This document shows, one piece after another, positions 39,860-52,165 of a stretch of 64,000 nt of DNA. The notes beneath the pieces were generated by a model, which searched no databases, was not told where the DNA came from, and saw only the letters and a list, made by a program, of their open reading frames with translations. The stretch comes from Chiloscyllium plagiosum (taxonomy: Eukaryota). The stretch's first letter is position 1. The number at the start of each line of letters is the position of its first letter. The position numbers were made by a program, and so were the translations under genes. The DNA lies in contig NC_057718.1 of the NCBI RefSeq assembly GCF_004010195.1, positions 59,948,137 through 60,012,136 on the forward strand, in the 5' to 3' direction.

Positions 39860-39992
39860 TAAAAGCAAACAACTACAGATGCTGGAGATCCGAAGTATGA
39901 ACAGGAAATGCTGATGAAACTCAGCAGGTCTGACAGCATTTCTAGGAGAAACAGTTAACATTTCCAGTCCATAGTGACTCTTCTTCTGACTT
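39860..39992 (-). mobile_element. Old PLE pLTR (family E) with decayed hammerhead
   Basis: cagatgctggagatc...ctcagcaggtctgacagcat...gttaacatttccagtcc.tagtgactcttcttc. Confidence 0.7.
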
Positions 39993-40090
39993 CAGTTTCT
40001 GGTCATATTGAAAGTATACATGCATACTCATACATCCAACATACACTCACACTCCCTCACAGGGCGAACCATCATAGTGACTAACTGAAA

Positions 40091-40245
40091 GAAATAAAAG
40101 CACATTACTGCAGATGCTGGATATCTGAAACCAAAAGCGGCTTTGACAAAGAGTCAGTTAGACTCGAAACGTCAGCTCTTTTCTCTCCTTACAGATGCTG
40201 CCAGACCTGCTGAGATTTTCCAGCATTTTCTCTTTTGGTTTTGAA
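40091..40245 (+). mobile_element. PLE pLTR (family E) mini-insertion, inverted 5' piece + hammerhead motif
   Basis: [U]UGAC[A]A-a-GAGUC-aguua-GACUC-GAAAC-GUC at 40143-40173; taactgaaa repeated at 40082-40090 and 40246-40254. Confidence 0.8.
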
Positions 40246-41304
40246 TAACTGAAAAGACTGTTTGCTTAAAGTTGAAGCTGTTTTGTGTTTAGGGCCAACT
40301 GTGTGTGCCAACCACTGATAGGAATTCAAACTCAGCACAAAACATCTAATATTTTTGGCAGTGTTGGAGGAGCAATCAATGTCCATTGCATTAAATTCTA
40401 GGGTGAAACATTAGAGACAATTTGACCAATTTGGGGATTTGATTACTCAAGCCTGGTTGACGATATTGCTGAAATGTTCAACTATTTTTACAAGCTCACA
40501 ATGGCTGGAGAATGCTGATGAATAGACAGATAAATTTTCATTTGTATTATTGTGGAGGCACATTCAGCAGAAGAGCTGCTCATAACTCAACATGAGTACT
40601 GTTACCTCCTTCCTTGGATCTACCTTATTTTTACGTATGCATTCCAGTACACCAGTTATTTGGTGGCAGTTTCTGGGACAAAACCAATTTTCTGGCCCTT
40701 ACACACTGCTAAAGTTTTTCAGGTATGCCATATAAACCTCTGATCAATGTAAGAGTTAAATTGTCATCTGATATTCAGTCAGAGAATGAACTCCATGAAA
40801 TGGAGCACAGGCAACTCCAATGTCACTAGAATTTAAAACTGTACATGCTGTTTGGGTTTTCTTTAGAAAGATCAGTAGTTTGAAGTAATTTTCCAAATGA
40901 AGTATGATCAATTACTTCATGTGTATTTGTTAGTGAAATCAATAGCACTCCTTAAAACAAGCAGCCCTTTCAAAAGTTGAGTCCTGGTTTTATGGTCTTA
41001 AGGTCTTCTTATTTTTCCAAAATCAAAATAATTCACCTTTCAGTTAGTAAACATTAGTTGGTTTTTGACTGGCAGAACAAAATATCTCGGGAAAGATGCA
41101 ATAAAAATACAAAATGGAGCTGCAATATTAGTAGTGTCTTCATTATTACTAAATCCATTAAATAATATTTGTGGACGCAATGGTATAATTAATTTAAAAT
41201 TATGAAACTACTTTTTATGCTTATGGGTGCTTAGATTGAGAAGAGTAGCTACACTTAAAAGCAACAGAAATAGCTCTAATGTTGATCATTTGAAGTAGAA
41301 ATTA

Positions 41305-41590
41305 TTGAATCACAGAATGTTACAGCACTGAGGTCATTCAGTCCATTTTCTTTTGTTTGCTTTCGATAAGAACAACTCCATTAATCATACCCACTGGTCA
41401 TTTCCCTCTAGCTCTGGAAATGTATTTTGAGAATCATCCTTCCCCTTTTTAGAAACCATGATTGAAACTGTTTCCATTACAGTCTCAGACAGTGCATTCC
41501 AGTTAATAACCACTCTATGTAGACAATCTTTTCCTCATATCACCTCTAGTTCTTTACACAATCAGCTTAAATCAGTATCCTCTGGTTAGT
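41305..41590 (-). mobile_element. Old CR1 3' end
   Basis: gaatcacagaatgttacagcactgaggtcattcag...cagtgcattccag...cttaaatc is antisense CR1 3' region. Confidence 0.65.
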
Positions 41591-41699
41591 TGTTTGATAT
41601 TGCTGTAAAAGGAAAGATTTTGTCAACACTTTTCAATTTTCACTCATTTGGACATTCCCATGGATACCAATATAAAGTGTAAAACAATTTTTATATTGC

Positions 41700-42660
41700 G
41701 TGCACAGTGGATGCTAATTGGTTGGCAAGTGAACTCCAATTGGTAGAGGTTTTTCCATGGGGAATGTACCAGTTAGATAAATTTAATCCAGGTTAAATTT
41801 AAACCCAGAGATTGACTGATTGTCATGAGGAATGAACCATGTCGTACAAGACAATTAGGACCTGAAAGGGTGAACTGATATCATGGGTAAGCTCCGCCAA
41901 TAAGGATATAAAAGTTATCAGAGTATAGGTTGTTACCTATTTTTGTTACACTGAAACAGATGGAATGTATACATGTATGCTTTCTGTCTGCAAAGACCGG
42001 GACCCTCTGATTTCATATAAAAACAGAATTTGCTGAAGAACCTCTAGCAGGTCTGGCAGCATCTGGGAAGAAAAAGTAGAGCTAACACTTTGAGTCCAGT
42101 GACCTTTCTTCAGTGTGGGTAATTTTATATACGCAGCTTCCAGTACATGCAAGTGCACAACAGGATAAGCCCAACTGACCACCTTAAATTGATAGCTAGA
42201 TTCTTTTGAGTTTTGCAAGCACAGGTTGATTGAGTCTGATTAATACTTGAACTGCTGCAAATAGCAGAAGGGGTATGTTGTTTGCAAGGGTCTCATCTTT
42301 GGGACGTATGACCTATATATGTAGAGTCATAACAGCACTGAAATTCACATACCACATTATTGATTGTGTGATAGGCACAACATGTTTTGGTTTGATGGTG
42401 GTATTCTTTTAAGAGTGACTGCCACTCATGTTGCTACTGCACCATAGCAGTTTCACTTATTGCTCAAATCTCTGAGACTCATTGCAAGGTAAGGTAGACT
42501 GGACACTTTTCAGGTTTTACATGGTGGTCTTTTCATGAATGTGTATCATATACAGTGAGAAATGAGTTGACCCAGGGTAGCCACTTGCTACCAAGAAGGT
42601 TTTGATGTATCCTATTTCAGGATCAAATTTTCACCATGAGAAAATGGCTCAGTCCCAATT
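41700..42660 (-). mobile_element. Old Penelope-like element (family F): linker + GIY-YIG + 3' UTR
   Basis: Minus: EIGYIKTFLVASGYP, PEKCPVYL, NNVVCEFQCCYDSTYIGHTSQR, FKVVSWAYPVVHLHVLEAAYIK, GPGLCRQK; interrupted at ~42015-42115. Confidence 0.8.
42015..42115 (-). mobile_element. PLE pLTR (family E) nested in the family F element
   Basis: Minus CUGAAGA-aaggucacuggacuc-AAAGUGUU followed by gatgctgccagacctgct tail. Confidence 0.7.
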
Positions 42661-42699
42661 TATAAGTTGCCAATGAGGCCAATCTTAAAACAAGTAGAA

Positions 42700-43030
42700 C
42701 TCTATGCATGTTTGTAATAATACACAGGGCCCCTTACACAGAAAGAACATATACAAACGTGCCTGTTCTAACTTAACAAAATAGCTGTTAGCCATTGTCT
42801 GTTCATGCCTCAGGGCATGCCTTGACTAATTAGTGATGACTTGGATGTTTTGAACTAAAAGCTTGGAAGTCCATTATTCCCTGATCTGTGGCAATGCCTC
42901 TACCAACCAAAGTCTGCATGGCAACCTATCAGCGTCCTCTTTTCATACAATATATGTTGTTGTTCCCTTTAGATTGGTAATCTTGTAATTCTACCCTAAT
43001 GCGTACAAGGTGGAAATCTTCAATCGGTTA
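42700..43030 (+). mobile_element. PLE family F 3' end, head-to-head with 41700-42660
   Basis: acacagggcccc..acagaaagaacatatac (TQGP..QKEHI); ggcaatgcctctaccaaccaaagtc mirrors 41715-41760 on the other strand. Confidence 0.6.
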
Positions 43031-43072
43031 TCTCATTTTATAAGCAAATCAGGTTCTGTCTTATCAGTTACC

Positions 43073-43220
43073 ATACAGTCATAGTCATACAGCATGGAAA
43101 CAGACCCTTCAGTCCGACCAATCTATGCCAACCATAGGTCCAAACTAAACTAGTTCCACCTGCATGCGCTTGACCCATATACCTCCAAACATTTCTTATT
43201 TATATATTCATCTAAATGTC
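43073..43220 (-). mobile_element. CR1 (HER1-like) 3' tip
   Basis: agtcatagtcatacagcatggaaacagacccttcagtcc...aaactagttccacctgc. Confidence 0.8.
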
Positions 43221-43224
43221 CCTG

Positions 43225-43280
<56 letters not shown>

Positions 43281-43288
43281 ACTATCTA
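43225..43288. repeat. (TCTA)n / GATA tetranucleotide microsatellite
   Basis: About 14 perfect units plus a degenerate end. Confidence 0.98.
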
Positions 43289-43354
43289 TTTATTGCTATT
43301 TATCATAAAATTTAACTTACAATTATTTAATGTACCTGGCAGACATATGAATTT

Positions 43355-43506
43355 AGAAATGTGTTGCTGGAAAAGCGCAGCAGGTCAGGCAGCATCCAGG
43401 GAACAGGAGAATCGATGATTCGGGCATAAGCCATTCTTCAGGAACACATTTCCAGCAACACATTTCCAGCTCTGATCTCCAGCATCTGCAGACCTCACTT
43501 TCTCCT
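43355..43506. mobile_element. PLE family B inverted pLTR mini-insertion with perfect 15-bp TSD
   Basis: cagacatatgaattt at 43340-43354 and 43507-43521; minus arm 43355-43444 ends at the hammerhead motif; plus arm ~43445-43506. Confidence 0.9.
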
Positions 43507-45264
43507 CAGACATATGAATTTGTCTGGTAACCAAAGGTTTAGCAAAATGCATTGATTATCTATTTATGCAGATATTATTATCAAGGAGTTGGCAGAATTA
43601 ATTGACAAAGATATTCTTGGGTTGTTTTTATCTTGCTGTGGTAACTTGTGTCCTTCAGCACAGCAAGTGAAGATAATGTAGTTATTGGAATAAATATTCA
43701 GTGTTGCAAAGCAATCATGTGGCAGGCAGGGAAAAAAATACTGCAGTGATTGCTGTGTGTTGGCAGTAGTTTTACATGATAAGACTTTAAAACATCCAGA
43801 TTAATATGATCTAATATAAATATGTACCTTAGGAAATACTATGGATTCCAATAAAGTAGCTATTGATATGCATTGTCAGGAAAGGACCTAATGCCCAATA
43901 ATGGTTCAGAGAATTCTCCAGTTCATACCCGAGCCATAGACCAGCTAGATTCCATGTTTGTTTCTCAATGACACTCCTTAGATATGTTGATTTCTGCCAG
44001 AAACATTTGGGTAGATTTACTGCTACAAATCCTTCTTGTGTAAACTAGTCTAGGCTATCAATACCATGTGAGGAAAGGTGCACATTTGACATTTTAGACA
44101 GAAGAGAGATTCAACCTTGATAAGCAATAAATACGTTAATTCCAGGTTACTTAAAAACTAATTACATTACACCAAAGCTACATGGTTATATCTTTCTTCT
44201 TACTTCTCTTGGCAGAATATGTCTTAATTTCAGTTAGTTTATACGGATAACATTCCAAATATTTCAGAATTATCTTTATATATACCTGTTATTATCATCT
44301 CCAAGGGTTTAAAGATTGCTGGAATACTTTCAAATGAAGGAATACTGCATTTTAAGTTCTGTACCAAGTAGAAGAACTCGTTTTTTACACAAATTTCCTC
44401 TTTTCTCTGTGATTTTCATATCCTTTTTAGCACTCTGGAGAATTTGCACCCGTTCTACTTTTTCAAGTTTTTAAAATGTTATTATACATTGGAAAAAAAA
44501 GGCATCACATTGATAATGCCTGTGGAAAAAAAAAGTCATTTATCTTGAACAATAAAACTTTGCCTTTCCCTTCAAAACACTGGTTTTAATTAACATTTAT
44601 TTTGTCTTCAACTTTTTTTCATGCTCATTAGTCAACTTATGCTGCCAGTTTCCCAATTTTCTTTACAAATGTCTTTTTTTAACGACATTTTTGCTCAGTA
44701 GCTGTTCCCTATTTCTTACCCATCCGCTAAGGAACAACACACAGTAATGTATCCCACAGTTATGATTTTGACATTTCGTCTTGCAGCTTTGGTGACACTC
44801 TGCTTAGTATTTGTGAGCATTTTCAATATTTTTCACTCGTGCTGACTGAGGTTGGCTTTTAAAGGCAATCTCATTGTTGCTATGACTCCTGCAGCCTTTT
44901 TATGGATAACTGCTGCTTTCACTTACACTGAAGTCTCCATGTGCTTTTAAGCTGCTGAATATTTAAAGATACACTCAGTTTCCTGATTGTGTTTTTCTCT
45001 TTGCACTTTGGATGTCTGGGACTTTTGTTAAATGGACTTTCTTCAAGCTATCAAATTACTAACATATTTTATGTGACAATGGTGCCTACCACTGCTAGGA
45101 TCTTATGTTGTACATCTAAGATAGATGTGCATCTCTTGTGAGACATCAGGCTCAACTGAAGAGTAACTTCACTTTACAGCCACTAAAACATTTTCACATA
45201 GAACTGGCAACACACACACAGAACTGTAACAGCATTAAAAACTTCACTTTGAATCTGAATTATT

Positions 45265-46105
45265 TCTCATCCCTAGTTGCCCTTGACAGCGTCCTGGTAA
45301 GCTACCTTCTTAAACTGTTCTTGTTACTTTGCTTGGTACACTCACAATGCCATCAGGGAGAGATTTCCATGATTTTTACACTGCAACATTGAAAGAATTG
45401 TGATATATTTCAAAATCAGGATAGTGAGTGTCTTGGAGGGAAACTTGTAGGAGTGATATTCCCTAGTATCTGCTGGCCTTGTCCTTCTAGATGGAAGTGG
45501 TTGTGGGTTAGGAAGGTGCTATCCCAGGAATTTTGGTACATTTCTGCAGTGCATCTTGTAGATAGCACAGACTGCTGTTACTGAGTATCGATGCTGGGGA
45601 AACTGAATGTTTGTGGATGTGGTACCAAACAAGTGGGCTGTTTTGTCATGTATGGTATCAAGCTTCCTGTTAGAGCTGCCACTCATCCAGTCAAGAAGGG
45701 AATATTTCATCACACTCCTGACTTGTGACTTGTAGGTGGTGTACAGAATTTGTGGAGTCATGAGGTGAATTGCACAATGCAGAATTCCTGGTCTTTGACC
45801 TGTTCTTACAGTCTCTATATTTGCATGGCTATTCAGTTCAGTTTATGGACAATAGTAACAGCCAAGGTGCTTTTTCATTTGGCTTCCAGGAATAGGATGC
45901 CATTGAATGCCAAGGGGTGAATGTTAGATTCCCTCTTGTCATTGCCTGGCATGAATGTTACTTGCCACTTTTCAGCACAAGCTCGGTTGATGTCCAGGTC
46001 TTGCTGCATTTGTACATGGACAGCTTCAGTATCTGAGGAGTCTCAAGTAATACTGAACATTGTGCAATCATCAGCAAACATCCTGACTTTTTACCTTATA
46101 AAGGA
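45265..46105 (-). mobile_element. LINE family B (CR1/L2 group), RT C-terminus + 3' end
   Basis: Minus: MFADDCTMFSI; TYKSQVRSVMKYSLLDWMS...KLDTIHDKTAHLFG. Confidence 0.85.
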
Positions 46106-46684
46106 GAGACTGTCACCTTACCATCCTGATTGTTTGCTTATGGTATCTCCTACCTCTAGCAGTAAGCAATTCAGATTAAGGACTGTTAGAGGTAGTTGTC
46201 TGGCACTAATTCTCCTTTGTCTAGCATCTGTTTAATAATTAGTGGCAAAAGGTACAACATTTAGAGTCTTTACAGAAAGGGCACTATTCTTAATTAAAAG
46301 ATTCATCCTTTCTTCATAGCACCAACTACTGGAGTACACCACTTCCGACCATTTCCAAACTGAATTGCATCCATTTACTTAAATATTTGTTTTCTATCTA
46401 TTAATTTGCTCCCATAGCCCATTATATCTAAATACTTTTATTAGATCCAGAGAAGAACATGTTAACAAATGCCTTTGAATGTGTATGCTTCATAAATTCC
46501 TTTGAGTTGCTGGTATTACAAATATTTTGACCTGAATGTTTGGTTAATATTAGTTGCATGTATGGATGCGTTAGACAGAGTTGCACAGCGTACATGGAAA
46601 ACAAATGTTTGGATGGTGTTTTTGATTGTTATTTTTGGGTTGGCTTGAACCCTCAATTTCTCAATTCATCCATCAATACCAGTA

Positions 46685-48760
46685 AATGTCCCAAGTTGCT
46701 TAACAAAATGATGGTTGAGATAATGGAAGAACCTGCCATAATATTTTAAACTGCACTGAAATAGAGGCAGTTCTGGAAGATTGGAGAGTGGTAATTGTGA
46801 CACCTTTATTCAAGACTGAATCGAATGACAGTGCTAGTGACTGTAAACAAAATAGTTTACCATCAGTGGAGGGTAAAGTTTTATAATCAATAAACAGGTA
46901 CTTGGAGAAGTCGAAGTTACTAAGGTCAGTCATGGATTTTTAAAAAACAAAAAATGTTTGCCTAGCCTAATTGAATCTTTTGAAGAATTAACATGTTGAT
47001 GAGAGGGATGCAATGGATGTTATCCAGATGGACCGCTTAAGAATTTTTTTTTAACAAAGAATCACGCAGAAGATTGCTCAGCAAAGTTGTAGTGGATGGA
47101 ATTGAAGGCTTTGTGCTTGGATGGAAGAGATTGTTGTTAGGACAGAAACCAGCCAGAGATGGTAAATAATTATTTTTCTGACTCTCAATCCGCATGGGGC
47201 AAATGCTTTTCTTGATATATATAAATAGCTTGTATTTTGGAAATAACTCATCAGATTAAATTTACCAGTTACACCAAACTTGGAAGAGTGACAAACAGTG
47301 GGAAACAATTCAATTGCAAATGACATCATTGAAGTGGCAAAATGGACAGAGAAGTGGCAAATGGAATTTAATGCAAAGAAGCAAAATTTGATTAACTTTT
47401 GTGGAAGGGATTGGGAGAAGCAATAGGGTCTTAATAAAACAGTTCAATAGATTGTTCAGGAGCAGAGGAACTGGGATTGGGTTGATGCACAAGGGACGGG
47501 AGGTGCAATGTGTCAGGACAGATTGAGAGAGTGATGTGATAGTAGGCTTCATAAATAAAGAGTTGAGTCTGACAACAGATATCCTACAATAAATGTTGAT
47601 AAACCTTTGCTTGGGTCACATTTAAAGCTATATGCAGTGGAAACTCGATTATCCGAACGTGATGGACGGGCACTATTTCGTTTGGCTAATCGATTATTCA
47701 GAAAATCGATTAAATGCCGGTCCTCTGGGGCCTGGAGTTTTTAAAGTCTGCTCCCCATTCAGGAGACAAGGAAGCACATAGTGTGCGAGACCCCGCCCCC
47801 TCAACCCCGCACCCCTCTTGCCCCCCCACATCCAAAACCACCCCCCAACCCGGTCCAACACCGCCCTGCTCCCCGCCCCCTGCTCCCAACCTGGTCCAAC
47901 CCCTCCCCCCAGCACAAATCACGTGAGCCCATGGCCACCCCCGTCCAGCCCCCGGCCCCTCTCTGGGGCATCTGGACTGCACACGAACAACAAGACTGCT
48001 GCTGCTGCCTTTGTGGGGTAAGTTCCAAATAGCACACACACACAACCTTTTACTGCAAATGTTTGACAGGTTCCATGTTTGCTCTGCACAGGACAATGTT
48101 GGAGAAATTATTCCTGGGAAGTGAGGGGAGGGGGGGAGGTGGTGGGAGTTGGGGGGGATGTATGGTTCGGGTATCCACCTCTCGAACTCCAGGGAAATCG
48201 TGGGAAGCAAAAGGGCGGGAGGTCAGTCATTTGGAGACAGTGCCTGTTTAATCACTGTAAACAAAAGATGCGATCACTGCTGGAAACACGGCTTTGATGT
48301 AATGATTCTATCGGGACCTCAAGATCTCCTTCAGCTAATCGGTTTTCAGATAATTGGTATTTGGATAATCGAGTTTCCTCTGTACCCTGTTCCACATTTT
48401 AGGGATGATGTGAGTATCCTTAAAAGAGTGCCAAAGAGATTTACCAGAATGGTTCCATGGATAGGTCATTTTAGTGACAAGGTTAGGTTGGAAAAGTTGG
48501 CATTGTTATCCTTGGAGCAAAGTAGATTGAGGGAACATTTGATTGAGATGTAACTGATTATGACAGGTTTAATAAGAAGAAAAATTTCTATTGTCTGACA
48601 GTACAAGGACTAGGGAACACCAATCCCCCCTGTGGTTTCATACAAGATACTTAAGAAGAACGAGGAAGAACTGTTTCGCAGAGTCAATGAATTCCCTGCC
48701 TATAAGGGTGGTAGCAACAGAACTGATCAACTGTTAAAAGGTAAATTAGATGGAAGTGCT
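46685..48760 (+). mobile_element. Old CR1 ORF2, interrupted by a DNA-transposon MITE
   Basis: VLEDWRVVIVTPLFK, LIESFEELT, AEKWQMEFN-like motifs; resumes at 48385 with LKRVPKRFTRMVP...RLEKLALLSLEQSRLREHLIEM. Confidence 0.8.
47635..48382. mobile_element. Non-autonomous Tigger/pogo-type (Tc1/mariner) DNA transposon, 748 bp
   Basis: TIRs cagtggaaactcgattatccgaa / ttggataatcgagtttcctctg; TA on the right, TG (mutated TA) on the left; subterminal taatcga repeats; host CR1 continues across it. Confidence 0.9.
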
Positions 48761-49324
48761 CAATTATCGAAGTGAGGGCAGGGAGGAGGAAGTTGGGACC
48801 CACTTGTCTTCAATCAATGCCATGTTATACTCCTTGAAGGCAATTAAAAAATTTAGCATGTAAACTGAACAGTCAACTGTGCATTAATGTGCAGTTACTC
48901 TGCTTAATGCATGCCAAAGTTAAAAGTTTATTTTGTGATGAAATGTCAGGACCTGGATGTCCTTTATCAAATCATGTGCAGTAATTTACAGTTGATCATT
49001 TTGGCTGTTCTTATATATATTGATTTTGCTTGTCTCTGAGGACCTAACTCCAAGTGAACACTATGGGTGGAATTTTGCAGGCCTCACCATGGCAAGAATG
49101 GTGTGAAAGTGAATTTCATCAAGTGAGAGGTAAAAGATCAGTACTAGCCATTTTGTCCTTCAAATGATATAGTTGTAAATGATGTTCTTTTTCATAATAT
49201 TGTGTGCCTTTTCTTGCAATTTGAAATGACTTTAACTTCCTCAGTTACCCATGGATAGCCTTCTTGCAGAGTTATTGTTTCTCATTGGAATATATCTTGT
49301 TAAGCATTGTTAAAATATATTTTT

Positions 49325-49975
49325 TATTTGTCCACAGAGTGTGTGCATCACTGACTAGTTCAGTATTTGTTGCCCATCCCTAATGCCCTTAATAATGTGG
49401 TGATAAGCTGCCTTCTTGAAAGCTGCATTCCATGGACTGTATGCAAACCTGAGTGTTATTTGGGTGAGAATTCCATGACCCAGTGAATAAATAGCAATAT
49501 AGCTCCAAATAAGGATAGTGTGTGGCTTGGGGTAAAACCTGTTCATGTTCCCATGTATCTGCTATCCTTGTCCTTCTACAAGATAGAGCTTGTGGTTTTG
49601 GAGGTACTGCCGAATAAAGATTGCAATGCATATTGTCCACCCGGCAGCTCCTGTGTATTGGTGGCAGGGGGTGTAAATATCAAATGTGGCAGATGGACGC
49701 CACTCAAGTGAGCTGCTTTGCCCTACATAATGTCGAGCTTCTTGAATATTGTTTGAGCTGCACTCATCCAGGCAGTCATAAAGTATCCTATCATATTGCT
49801 GACTTGTGCTTTGTACTTGGTGGACAGGCATGGGAAAATCATAACTCCCAGGATGCTAAAAATATGGGCTCCAGCAATGGTAATGCCATTAAATACTGAG
49901 AGGTAATGATTACATTCTCTCTTGTTGGAACTGATCATTGCCTGGAACTTGTGTGCCACAAATATAATAGCTATT
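49325..49975 (-). mobile_element. LINE family B 3' fragment
   Basis: Minus: STKYKAQVSNMIGYFMTAWMSAAQTIFKKLDI; 3' end ttgcccatccctaatgcccttaa on plus. Confidence 0.85.
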
Positions 49976-51519
49976 GGAACATGCCCACTTACTTCCACTT
50001 AACACCATCAATTCAGCTCTGTTATTCTGAATGTTGTGCATGTTCAAATAAAGTGCCTTTAGTTTTGTCTTTTAACTGAATGTCTTTAAAACATCCACTG
50101 GCACATACAAATGGAAAAAAAACCCAGCATTTTCCTGACATAACTTATTTATGGACTCATCATACAAAATTAATCTAATGCAATTCATTATTATTTGCTT
50201 GAAGAACATCACCTTATGTTAACCTCTGCCACTTATTTCAACTGCCGTTGGCTTTTCATCAATTTGAGCATTATGTGCCAGGGCAAATAATGACAGAATA
50301 TCTTAGTGAAGAAAGGGTACGTAATCAGCAATCAAGATGTGATTTGTTTTAATTTTAGCAGGTGTTACAGTGGTGCATTGATCTCATGGATAATAACTAT
50401 TGCTTTCATTAGCTCTCTTGTTTTTTTTGTATCATTCAAGAACCAGATGTTCTGAGGTTAGCTGAACTGAATATTAAGTCTTCAGAGGTTGCACTCTGTG
50501 TAAAAAGCTCTATTTCTGTTTATTACCTCCTACCTATGAAGAGCGTTTGCATGCGATCATAAATGGTTGACTTAACTGTTTATCAGCCTGTGGGATTAAG
50601 CAGAGAACAAAGTTTAGTACACTTTATATCAATCCTTCAGATAAAAGAGATATATATCTGCTATCTGTTGAAGGACTGGCATGTTGTTGGAAACTGAGGA
50701 AATAGCTGCACAGCATAATACATTTATTTAATAATAGTAACAACTATTGTACTTTCTCTGCCTTTTCTAAAGTGATGCTTCCCCTCCATCTCGTTTGAAA
50801 ATTCGTCTCTGCGCCCTGCTGTGATAGTTATTAAAAATAATGTGTTTGATGGCATGCTCCCTATAATTTACTGAGAAAAGAAATAAGCTGCAGAATCTCA
50901 ATTACTTGCTTTGGAATTTTTCATCAAGATACCTGTTTCTGATTGGGAGACTCATCAGTCTGTCATGTTAATGAAGCAGAGTGCCAGTCAAGACAGTTGG
51001 GATTGATTGAAAATCAAGAGGTGTCAGAGATTTCAAGAGGGAGGAATGGTGAAAAACTCCACAAAATTAGTAGACAATTCTATTAATTTTAAGAGGGAGG
51101 ATATAATTTCTCTGTATTAACCTTAGTGATTCTTCCTAGTTTTTGCAGTTGCTACAATAAAATAGCTTGTAAATTTCAGGTAATTTACACAATACAAGTT
51201 TCTTGAATCCAGAGGATTAGATGAATGACTGCCAGAAACATTCAGAAGAATGATTATCCACATTATAACTAAGGGCTCTATTCATCAAACTTTGACAAAA
51301 TTTCTAATTGTTTTCTCTTGCCTCCAATTTTGAGGATTTAACCTTATCATTTGAATTTTTGCAATGAAGGCGACACTAATAGTAATTCTACCCAAATTTC
51401 AATTTCAACAAAGATTTTGTGGGAATGCAGCTTTGTAGGAGTCTGGACAAAATACTCTCCCAGGTCTAAATGTTCATTATAAATTCAAACTAGAATGGGA
51501 TAAGTTCCCCTTGGAGGAT

Positions 51520-52165
51520 GTTTTTTGTTCTTTCACAAGATGTGGGCGCACTTGGCAAAGCCAGTTTTTGATGCCCATCTCCAACTGCCACTACAACATA
51601 ATTGTTAGGCTTTTCAGCAGTTAAGATTCAATCAGATTTCTGTGAGATCTGGAGTAACATGTATGCCAGCACAGGTAAAGGAGGCAGCTTTTCAAAGAAT
51701 CACTACAGTGTGGAAACAGGCCATTTGACCCAACAAGTCCACACTGACTCTCCAAAGAGTATACCACCCAGATTTTTTCTCTTACACTATATTTCTTCTG
51801 GCTAATGCACCTAACCTACACATCCCTGAACTCTATGTGCAATTTAACCTAGCCAATTCACCTAACCTGCACATCTTTGGAACTGTGGAAGGAAACCAGA
51901 GCACCCGGAGGAAACCCATGCAGACACAGGGAGAATGTGCAAACTCCACACAGGCAGTCGTCCAAGGCTGGATCGAACCTGAGTCCCTAGCGCTGGCCTT
52001 GTGAGGCAGCAGTGCTAACCACTGAGTCACTGTGCCACCCTAAAAGACATTAGTGAAACTGAGGCCTCCAGAAAGAATGGTAACTGACTGGTTTGCAATT
52101 CCATATTCATCAATTGCATTTAAAGTTCATCAAATGCCACAAAGCATTACCTGGTCTACTAATCT
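51520..52165 (-). mobile_element. SINE family 2 split by an HE1 insertion
   Basis: gatgtgggc...gcccatctcc...ggtaaaggaggcagcttt (to ~51695); resumes cctaaaagacattagtgaa at ~52039. Confidence 0.65.
51697..52040 (-). mobile_element. HE1-type V-SINE, full length
   Basis: Minus gggtggcacagtgactcagtggttagcactgctgcctcaca...; V domain; tail gtttccacactgtag. Confidence 0.92.

Noticed and set aside
42400..42500. Apparent plus-strand exon ending caag|gtaagg
   Set aside because: Lies inside the antisense strand of PLE family F coding remnants (PEKCPVYL)
47694..48553. Cluster of overlapping ORFs as a transposase or gene
   Set aside because: GC-rich low-complexity MITE interior; no DDE/D or HTH motifs; the last ORF runs into CR1 sequence
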